From NCBI GenBank assembly GCA_013115125.1, contig JABANN010000002.1:186001-231521 (forward strand): DNA of 45,521 nt, given 5' to 3'. Positions 32,794 to 43,002 of the stretch are shown one piece after another (position 1 is the first letter of the stretch; every line of letters begins with the position of its first letter). This stretch comes from Perkinsus olseni (lineage: Eukaryota). Position numbers and translations under genes: made by a program. The notes under the pieces are model-generated. The model ran no database searches. It had not been told where the DNA came from and worked only from the letters and a program-made list of their open reading frames with translations.

Positions 32794-34571
32794 GTGAGGA
32801 CTCTTCACTGAGGAGGTCCGCGTCGAGAATACTGCGGGCCGCTGTGTGGCACACTGCAACTCTGAGCGCTAAGCCCGTATGATCACTGGACTAGGAACTC
32901 TACAGCTGAAAACCAACTCTATGATAGAGTCTCTATCGCCAGTCAGTAACTTCCGTCTTTTTCGAAGGCAGAATAACAACTCTCTTCGAGACCGGTGCGT
33001 GAAACTTTCACGCTTTCACGGTGACAGCGCTGGTTAATCCAATGATCCCGGGGTCCGATGAGCGATGATTGAGGCATCGCAGTACAACCTGCACCAAGCA
33101 GCCACTCTATGAAGAGGCGATGGATGTTATTAGAGCAAAGCAGACTATATTGTTATACTCCCCTAATATGGACCGTGGCGGAAATTCCCTTACAATGTAA
33201 GGCTTACATGAATTACCATTCATCATGAATGATTCATGTAAACTCCTCCACGCCCACGGGCCGCTCTGGTATCTCTATGAAAGTTGGGGCTGTGGCTTAT
33301 CAGTGGACGTACGAATTTCGGGTCCGGTCATTGTTCGGCTGAGCCCTATACGGCCGCAAACGCGAGGACGCGGTGGACCTCTTACCTTGAGTCGAGCGAC
33401 TAACCTCCGGGAAGAACCAGTCGACTGAATCGACCTTCGGAGCACTAGTTAGTGTTACTCCATCAGTTGGGGGTTCGGATGGGCTTGGGTGGATTTCGTC
33501 AGCCTAACCGGGAAGCTGACGAGCATCTTCAGTGTAGAGAGGCGATGAAAGATGTTGGAGGGGTACAAGAAGACCGGAAGTAGCCGAGACTAGGTGGACG
33601 AGCTCGTCATCAGCCTGTCCATGTTGGCTGAGAATTGGGAAGCATTGCCGGAGCTCTTGGAGGAACTCGAGCTGGAACGTAGGACGCGTTCCAGGACGAG
33701 CCAGGGATATAGAGAGTATAGGCAGTTGTGGGAGCTAAGGAGAAGTGGGGCATTTGAAAAGGTGCTCAGCAGACTTCGGCATCGTCGAGAATTCCATCCA
33801 GGAGATACTGTCTACCGATAGAGGCCAGTTGAGAGTCTCAGACAGTCTCAACTTGAGACTGTGTTATGCTCTTCGTGGGACGGTCCGTGGAAGATCTTGC
33901 GCTTTCTGGGCAAGACGATGGTGATCGTAGTACTTCTGAGGGATCCTCGCATTAAATGAGGACTTGAAGTCTGTAGCACTGAAGCTGCCTCATTCTGTGG
34001 TGACTCGCGGGCTCTCACAGGGATTGGCGGTTGCTAGAATTGTGCGAGTATACAAATCACTGGTTCCAGCTCTAATTCAGTTGGAATTGTATGAAACTGA
34101 ATTGGGACTTTATTTCGACTGTGAGCCTTATACTATAAGGCTTATAGTATGAGAGCTTTATGTCACAAACTTCTACCATAGAGTGTTTCATTATTCTCGA
34201 GAAACTACTAGAAAGAAGCAGAAACTTCTCAAAAATGTTGACAGCCCCGAAGGTTTCGGGCCGAAACGGATGTGTTACCGCCTGACGTACTCCAACAAAC
34301 GACGCGTTACACGATGAATTTCGATAAATTAGCAACTTGATACAAGCCTTCAGCAGTGACGAGCTCGAGCGCCGGCTCAATGGTCCAAATTGCACCGTCC
34401 AATGCTGGGGCCTTGATCCAGGAGGCTCCTTGCAGGAGTCTGAATCAGACTGTCTGATCGCCGCAATGAGAAGGAGAACGATTGAAACACTTATATGGCG
34501 AATACTCATGAGCCTAGATACTGGGATGAGGGTGACCATTGGTCACTGACCAAACGACGTTTGGCAAACGT
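32794..34571. repeat. Cluster of 22-bp A-X-H'-X'-A'-X-H scars
   Basis: Perfect at 32916-32937, 33188-33209, 33217-33238, 34126-34147, 34532-34553 and 34550-34571; one mismatch at 32794-32815 and 34246-34267; compound at 33828-33859. Confidence 0.9.
33430..33960 (+). mobile_element. Decayed Ty3/gypsy-type LTR retrotransposon integrase C-terminus
   Basis: ...REFHPGDTVYR*RP...LCSSWDGPWKILRFLG matches the GPY/F module (F..GD.V...L...W.GP..I); in-frame stops present. Confidence 0.7.
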
Positions 34572-35314
34572 CCGAGCGACCAACATGTACCGTCAAGAAC
34601 CATCAATGATGATTATGTTAGTACTAAAAAAAATTGCTGCCGAAAGTACTATTCATGCCGCTCCCAATGTGGAACGCACGAAGGGAGATGAGATCACAGG
34701 GATGAAATCTTCTGTGCGATCTGCGGGGACCGTACGTTGATGAGGCCTAATGAAGCTGTAACAGCTTCAGTAACAGTTCCCCACAGCGCCGGAACGCTCT
34801 TCCTAAAATGAGAGTCCCGAGTTTCTGAAACAGTGCGTCTCATCGCGGAACCTTCCAAATAGCTTTCAATAACTGAAGTGCAGCAGCAACGAACGGCATC
34901 TGGCATCAATAGTCTGCGATGTGGTGGCTATCGCTAAGATTAAACTATTCCTCCTGCCTCAGTAGGATCCACGGCGCTTCCCGCACCTGACACTCAACTC
35001 AATAGACGTGGAACACTTGAAAACATGTCACTACTCAGGACCCATGTCATATGTGCGTCACCGCCCAAGACTCATGGGCTATGACTCATGACTACTGCAG
35101 TTTAGCCATCAAGAGACAGCAGCTGCCGATAGGGGCATGTTCTAGTAGCCACCCACTGTGCATCGCGAAAGCTACAGGAAATACAAGACCTAATTAGTCA
35201 ATGAAGATTCGTCTCAACAGCGGCGAATCTCACCATGTTCGTCACGATAAGAAGAAAGTATCAGAAATCTTCTTGGAGTTTTTCGCGTCCAAATTTGGGA
35301 GGCGTCAAAGATGT

Positions 35315-36274
35315 TCATATAAAGACGGGGTCCAACGCTTCCACATGACGATCCTCAGTGAGAATCCAGAGGCCCCCATCATTCCGAACGAACATCCGCA
35401 GCAAGGCGGCCTCGGGTAGCGACACACAGGTACGGACGGACTTCTGCTTGATGTCTATGACGAATACGGCGAGGGTATCGAGACCATCACAGTAGCCTAC
35501 CGCGAAGCACAAAGCCCTTCTGTTATCGACGTCCAAGTCACCGTTTGATAGGTCCAACTTAGTCACCTCACCAAGTGGCTCTCCCAGAATTGAGAATACC
35601 GAGAGGGAGGAACTTACTGCCTTTTCCGTAGCTCGCTGCAGAATCAGAATTTGAGTCGCTTGCTCTTCGCCCTCATACAAACACAAGGTCTGCGCTGGAC
35701 GATCTGCAAAGTCCAGGAAAGTGCTGATTGATCCATCAGGACCAATACGGATCACTGAGTCACCTCGCCATGATAGACCATAAAAACAGGCGTCCCGAGA
35801 GAAGACAGGGCGACTGATGTAACTAAGTAGGTTTTGCCAAGAAACCCGAGATGGTTGTAGCTCCGCAGTAGAAACATTTTCCCCGCACTCCCAATCCGTG
35901 AACCGGCATGACCGTCCCGTGTTCTGCTCGACGCAAACGAGACCTCCGGCTGGAAAGTCAACCGCCAGACATAGCAGGAACCCGACGTTCAGGTTGTGAT
36001 GCCGTAAACTCTCCCCGGATTGTCGCACCTCGAGCAGCCCGCATTGGTAACGTTTCCACCGTCTCAGTAGTAGAAGACCCGAGCCATCACGACGCTTGTG
36101 GTAGGGAGAGGCCTGAACGCCGATGGCCACTTTCTCCGGTTCAGAGAAGGCTGTCAGACAAGGTCGGGCAAATTCCCAGATGTCCGAGACGCAGTCTACA
36201 GGTATCAGCGGTAGATAGTGCTTGGCCAAGGTTTCAACAACTGTGAGGCAACGAGAATACTCGCTGGGGTACAT
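35315..36274 (-). CDS. F-box-like N-terminus plus beta-rich protein, paralogue, intronless
   Basis: LPLIPVDCVSDIWEFARP; shares VGFLLCLAVD, EQNTGRSC, CFYGLS, DVDNRRALCF and FVRNDGGLW with 31209-32195. Confidence 0.82.
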   Translation of the reverse strand: MYPSEYSRCLTVVETLAKHYLPLIPVDCVSDIWEFARPCLTAFSEPEKVAIGVQASPYHKRRDGSGLLLLRRWKRYQCGLLEVRQSGESLRHHNLNVGFLLCLAVDFPAGGLVCVEQNTGRSCRFTDWECGENVSTAELQPSRVSWQNLLSYISRPVFSRDACFYGLSWRGDSVIRIGPDGSISTFLDFADRPAQTLCLYEGEEQATQILILQRATEKAVSSSLSVFSILGEPLGEVTKLDLSNGDLDVDNRRALCFAVGYCDGLDTLAVFVIDIKQKSVRTCVSLPEAALLRMFVRNDGGLWILTEDRHVEALDPVFI

Positions 36275-36386
36275 AGAGAAAAGCAACGTCCTGCAATGGA
36301 AGAGGACTACTCACTTTATTCGTCACTGGCTAGCTCAGTAACTCGAGGAGGAAGTGTTGACTCTCAAGTGCAGTTACTATAGTACC

Positions 36387-36408
36387 GCTTGACTGTCAAG
36401 CCTTGACA
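36387..36408. repeat. 22-bp A-X-H'-X'-A'-X-H scar
   Basis: g-cttgac-t-gtcaag-c-cttgac-a, perfect. Confidence 0.8.
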
Positions 36409-36552
36409 CAATTTGGCCACCTACCCCCGCTGGGTTTCGCGCTATAACCATCACTTTGCATTGACAACACAGCATGAGAGACTTCTGAGTAATGATGACT
36501 GACAAACTAATAGCTTGCTACTAATGGATGAGGACTCAACAACAACGACACA

Positions 36553-39500
36553 TTAAGAAGACTCAATGGAAGAGCTGCGATCCCCCACGGGATGATACTG
36601 TGGGAATCCCTCAGCCTTGGAAGCATCGTACAGCTTATTGTACTGGGGGTGGAAGGGCGACAGCGCTACAGCGACAAAATCAACCGGGACTGTATCCGTC
36701 GGAACAATGGCCACCGGTATCTGATGGAGAATCTTCTGCTCATCGTGAAGCACCGCACGACCTACCGCTGAGAAAAGCCTGACTGTCACTTTGCGCCCAC
36801 GACGCTCATCATTGGGGTGCTCCCACTCGTAAACTGCCTGGCCGGTCCTATAGGAAACTGACGCAGGCTTGGTTAATAAACTCAGCTCCTCCGTCATGTG
36901 AGGACTTTGCTGCCCCTTGTAGAAAGGCAAAGTTACATTGTAGAATCTGAAGGGCTGATGGAGGCTGCTGTGCATGCGCTGGACTTACACTTGACATTCC
37001 TTGACGAATTTGGGGATATAAACAGACAGGCTATTCTCCTTGATAGCAACAACAGTGCCGGTAGTGTAGTGAAGACTGTCTCTCGTGCGGAGATAAATAC
37101 AGAAGAAAGTGATATCAAACTTCGTCTGAGCTTCACGACTCGACTTCTTCATCTCTGACAACAGCCATCGGGGGAAAACGGAATCACCAAGCATTCTTAC
37201 TGTTGCACTCCTCGCATTGTGCTTCATGCTCCTGCGCCGTCATCTTCAGATTCCTCTTCTCGTTCGGTTGCAACTACACACGAACGATGATGTAAGATTC
37301 GTAAAGTCGGACAGCGGAGGCACAAGCCGGCACAAACGGCTTCGAATGATCTGCCTACTAGGATCTGCAGTTGACGATGTACCATAACATCAGCATAACG
37401 ACGAATGGGAGATGTGAAGTGAGTATAAAGTGGGAAGGCGAGGGCATAGTGAGACACGCTTCGACCATCTGACCCTTGGACGCCGTATCTGCACGACAGC
37501 CATGTTCCGAGCATTCGGCGATCGATTTGAGTAGTTGCTGCTGCTTGCGCGGCAATGTGTAATGCTAACTTACTCCGCAGGGCGCATAGTCTTCATAACC
37601 ATGTTCTCTATTGAGAGGCCTGCCTCAGGCGTGAGCTCCTTCTTGACGTTAGTCAGTGCCTTGAAAACCAGACCGCTATCCCCACCATCACCAGCGCACC
37701 ACACGGTCTTGGGTATACCTGAATTGAGCAGCATAAACAGTAACACCCGAAAAATGGGATTTTGGTGTTACGTAAGTCTTCGAGCAGCAACTTGGTGATC
37801 TTCTCGAAACCTTCCTTGATCGGTCTGTCGTGGTGTCGCAGCACGGCAATCTCTCTCATCTTCTCGTCCTTGTTGTTAGCAATGGCAGTAGCAACACAAC
37901 GGTTGGCAGCCAGCATCAACTGCAGAATAGATAGGGCTGAGCCGGGAATCGAACCCGGGACCTCGCGCACCCGAAGCGCGAATCATACCACTAGACCACA
38001 CAGCCACAATACTAAACAACTATCGCCCCGGGTCCCTCTCCCTCTTCACCTCTTCGATGAGCCAGTGACTCGGCGTGTGCGACTCCAAGCCGTACCCGAT
38101 AGGCAGGTTGGTCTCCGGATCCATCTTAAACAACAGCTTGTGCTTATCGATCTTCACCGAGCCATCCTCAAAGAAGCGATTCACTCGGACCTGACGCCGG
38201 ACAAGCACCAATCAACAACAACCACCAAACAGTTGACCAACTACTTTCTTGCAGACCGCGTAGAGCAGATGAAGATCGCTCTCCACATCCTCCCAAGTAT
38301 GGCCGTCGGTTACGGGCGGCCTGAGGGAGACACACTTCGGGCCTGGCCACCACCCGTCGCAATCGCCTACTGTTGGGCCAGAGGTTTCCCATCAAGGACG
38401 TCCTGAACTTCATCGTAGTTGAATCGACAGCAAGATTTAATAGCCGATTTACAGAACTTCGGACCAGAGGCGCAAGTGAACTGAATGCACATGCGTGAGG
38501 ATCATACCAAAACTCCCCCAAATTATGTACATTATTGCCGTCATCGATGCCAATTATCCTTCCCGTATCAACATTGATTCGGAAAGTGGCCGTGAAGGTG
38601 AGTTTATGCTCAGCCGGGTTCAGACTGCACAGCTTCGCACAGAGCCCTTCCGGCAGCATCGGGAACATCTAAAAAGAAGACACGGAAACTTCGCTCCGCT
38701 GCTATCGTGTGAAGGCCAATAGTGACCGATACTGAAGCCAACGGTGAGATCATGGCCAGCGCACAGCGCTGGCTTCCACAGACCCCACACGGTTGATTTC
38801 GGGGCGCGCGCGAATTCCAGGGATAGCGTCAGATAATCTTCGACGTACCCTGTGGCAAAGATAGACAGACGTACACCTCTTCTGAGCCTCCTGATCCACC
38901 GCTGACCCTGAGCCGAACAAATCAATCCGAGCTATTTTGGATCTTCCTCGCTTCAACCTCAGATATTACCTTGCTTCACATAGTGAGCGACGTCAGCGAT
39001 ATGAACCCCGATCTCAACCGTATTCTCGTCTATCACATCAATGCTGACAGCATCATCCTGCAAGAGATATTCCCTCCAACATCAAGCCATGGTATCATAC
39101 CAGATCTCGAGCTGTCGCGGGGTCCACAGTAAAGATACGCTTCTTCGTGAGATCCCGTCTAGAACCCCCAAGCCGCATCTCTCTTCTGTACTCAGCCTCA
39201 GCATTGGCCACCATCCGGTCCACCTGATCATCGCCTGATTCTCTCACGCTTCGCCACGAATCGACCGGATCCCAACAGGCTCCAGGGTAAGGTGCAAAGG
39301 TCCGTCAGGAGTGAAGTCAGAAATTGCCAAAAATGGTCATCAGAAACGAACGCGTAGAAGACGTTCCAGACCTCATCTTAATGTGAGTACTTATTCCTAC
39401 CGGAAGCTAGGGAAAAAGAGCCGTCCTCACTACAGATGACATCTCGGAGTCCAGGCGAGTGTACAGAGAGAGCCCGGCGGGGTGCGATGAACTTCTATCA

Positions 39501-42440
39501 CGGCAATGACGCTACCCGTTTCGAGCTCTACACGAAGGACAAATTTCGCGAAAAGCTGTGGCTATATGAACAAAGTATGGTTGAGCCTAACGAAGGCGTC
39601 GGACTGTGATCGTAAAAACCAAAGACTATTGCAACTTTCTACCGATCGTATTCTTGTTCTAAGCTAGACGAAGCCAATATAACTTCGCGCGGTTCCTCCT
39701 TGGCATCAGTGCGATGGAAAACTCGTACTACCCGTACTACCTCGTCGTAGACTTGTCGGCTGAAGTCTGCAGCATGGTGCTCGAGATTAGCCTCCTCAAG
39801 ACAAGCCGCCGTCTCTGCAGCCAAGTCCCCAGCACTTCCGAAAGGCTTTCCAGCCAACCTGATATACGCGCATACTCATACCACACCTCTCACAACTCCT
39901 ACCTCCCCAATGGCAACACCGAGTTGGTTCCCCATTTGAGCATCTGCACCGGTATCATCACTCGACCGTTCAGTGGGCCCGGCAGGCGCAGGACACGAGA
40001 GACAACATCATTAATCTACGTTTAACACACCCTTCCTCGTCAACGATCTGGTAGACGAGTGGTATTAGACCCACCTGAATGAGCATCCAAGGCAATCTCT
40101 TATTCATTGGCTTAGCTCGAATGAACTTGTCTCCCGGCTGCACCATGGAGGTGAGGGGATCGGCATCTGAAGCGCAGAACTCAGAAGCGATACATTCATG
40201 GCGGCATCCAGATGCAAATGCCTAGACAAGATACGCTTCATAGTGAAACCGTTACGATACCCAGAATATCTTAGCTCGATCCTAGGTAAGAACGAGAGAG
40301 GAAGATTCACTCACACCATCCGTGTCGCGTACGAAGGCAACCGTTCGCCAAAACAAGTACACGTCTATGCGGCAACACGGCATCTTCCACTGTGTGACGA
40401 GCATGTGCCGGAAAAGACTTCCGAGCTCCCCATACGGCTAGCTCAACCCCCTGTTATCATTACCAATGGCACCATCCAGAGGATCTCCGCCCCCTCCTGT
40501 CTTGTTAGCTTCTAACGTGCATACAAACCTATCATGACATCCCTCACTAGCATGACAACAGCAGCAGCGGGCCCTCCTACGGATGCTTATTCCAGCACTT
40601 CTTCGACACGTACACCACCACTGCCGTCCGGAAGCACTCGGTCGTTCTTTCTTTCGCGCCGTCATCAGACTCTTCCGAGCTCTCATGCATAACGGCGTCC
40701 TCGTCACGGCCCTCACACTTCGCCAAACGTCTGAGTCGCGCGCCACGAAATTACAGATCGGTTGAAGTGCTCTCCATTAGATAATAAACCCCGTAGACCA
40801 TGCGGTGCCAACACGAAAAAGGATATTAACAACTGCCGGGATCGAACCCGGGACCTCGAAACCTACTTGATATCGGCTCGAGTGGGCACGAGATCGTCCT
40901 CGTCACTGGATGAGGATGATGTACTGGAGCTTCGCCCTCGAGCGTTGCCCTTCTTATTCTTATTAAAATCCTTGAATTCGGGTGCGATACGGATCTGCAT
41001 ACCGCTCGTCTTCGATACCTGTTAAACGAGAGCTCAGGCAGTAGAAATCCGAAGTTTCGGTACATTTTCTCACTATGAGCATAACTTCTTGGGGGCAATT
41101 TTATGCTACCATACCGACCACAACTAACTGGTGCAAATGCCAACAATTGAAGCGAACAGAGGGGCGAGCATAGCGAATCGCCGACGGAAAGCAAACTGCA
41201 TTTGGTGATTTCGATGATATTCTCGCAGTGACTGATCGTCGAATGGTTTTGGGATAGCATTAACAATGATAAAGGGACCCAATTCGCCTTACCCATTGCT
41301 CCAGAGGGTTCAAACGCACCACTACTTCGTCTCCATGTATGGCTCTGTTGCGGTCGAACTTCCCTTTTATGAGAATGTCTACATTACTCTTACTGAGAAG
41401 GACATCACTCAGGAGTTATTCACAATTCGCCTTCGGCCTCCCAAAGCTTCCAATGAGCCCAGACGCTGTAGAAAACCCCCGCCGGGAATGCCGTGCCCTT
41501 TCTACTCATCCACGTCTCTGGTTCGATCCGGTCTGACTCGTACAAATGCGTCGTTCGGGGTCTGTTGAACTACCTGATACGAGACGCGTTACTCGAACCC
41601 GATACTTCCCGGTAGTCAAACATGATCCTTGACCACCAGCCCACTTCCCCATACTACTTGAAGAAGGCCCGAAATCAAGGACCCGTCTGCTAGACCTGCT
41701 TCAGCTTCCTCCCTGGTGATATACTCCGGGTACGGTGGACGTGACATATCCTCCAACAATCGGGAGATAATACAATTACTAAATCCGATACCAAAACATC
41801 CGCAACTCCTCCATCAGGTGGGAAGATATTGGACACTCCTGAGTCGCCTTCACGATTCCGAACGAAAAATAGAAAAATACGGAATACAGATGCACAGCAC
41901 CGTACCGTCAACAAGTGAACCACTGAGAAATTATGTGTAATGGTAGTATCGTCCTTCGAGTAAAGACGAGCCCCCTCACTACTGCTCCCCCTAGAACGTT
42001 TTATCCTCACTGAACACAACAATACCGACTACGTAAACTGTTCTTAGATGCTTCCCTTGATACAGTTGAATTACCATGTGTCTCATCAGGCGCCCTGGAT
42101 CGACCTGTCCTCTGTCGTCGCTTTCGGTCCAACGGAGGACCTGGACTCCCCGCAGACTAGTAAGCATCGGGAAGGTTGGTTGGTGAACGATTACTGTGCC
42201 GGCCACTGGCCGGCGGCCAGCCGTCAAAAAAACGACGGCGTCACCGTCGTCAAACGCGTAAATCTGCCCGGAAAGTCTCCATCATCATCATCATCATCAT
42301 CCTCCGGGGTATTTTGAACCAGGGCCCTCGCGAAGATAGACCTAACTCTTTCCCCACTGCACCATTATTCGTGTTAAACTTCGAAAAACGTATGAGCTCC
42401 ACAAGCCTGAACGCAGCATACGATTGATACTCGCCTCCAT
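36553..42440 (-). CDS. DIS3L2: DIS3-like exonuclease 2 (RNase II/RNB family), many exons; 5' end uncertain
   Basis: [60 protein letters not shown] (DIS3L2-type), [54 protein letters not shown]. Confidence 0.92.
37934..38005 (-). tRNA. tRNA-Pro(CGG), nested sense in DIS3L2 intron 37920-38049
   Basis: GGCTGTG TG GTCTAGTGGTATGATT CGCGC TT CGG GT GCGCG AGGTC CCGGG TTCGATT CCCGG CTCAGCC C: 72 nt, full cloverleaf, one acceptor-stem mismatch. Confidence 0.96.
40828..40866 (-). pseudogene. tRNA 3'-half relic starting at the 5' splice site of DIS3L2 intron 40731-40866
   Basis: GTAGG TTTCG AGGTC CCGGG TTCGAT CCCGG CAGTTGT: variable loop plus T-arm (one base short), with a T5 run shortly downstream. 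Confidence 0.6.
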
Positions 42441-43002
42441 ACCAGCCAAGCGCGGGGCGTCGAAACACCGCTTAAAAATAGAGCGGAAGAGCTCCTCTAT
42501 CGAATCAGACCGGCGAGAGCATCTTCCTCTATCATCCTTCGTGTAACCTTTAACATCGCGACAGCTCCGCGGCTGATGAAAAAATCAAACGTCGCTCGCC
42601 GAATCTTGCTACCTTGGAGTTTCTCAACGGAAATGCGTCATTACGTCATGCGTCAAAAGTGAGTCATTACGGGCGCTAGACATCGTTATTCGTCACCGCC
42701 TCCTCTCCTGTGCCATATGCTCTTTTGCACTCGCTGATTACTGTCCATGCAAGGTCGGCGATTGCCATTTTCGGCACATATACTCCCAACGGCCCTTTGT
42801 CGTGAACAGGGGAGCAATGCAACGATTCTGAAGTTTGGTATCGTCGCTTTGATTGAATTCTGAATTTTGCGAAAAAATGGAGTCCAGGATCTGTTCATAA
42901 CGTGAGTAGGTCGTTGAACTAACTCGTGGGCTGGTGGAAGCGATAAATCTGCGAAGGAATCAGTACGCTCAGTTTTCCCCATTTCGAAGTTAACTGCCCA
43001 AA

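Noticed and set aside
41518-41531. B-box-like GGTTCGATCC
   Set aside because: Lies antisense within a DIS3L2 coding exon (VRPDRT), with no other tRNA elements.
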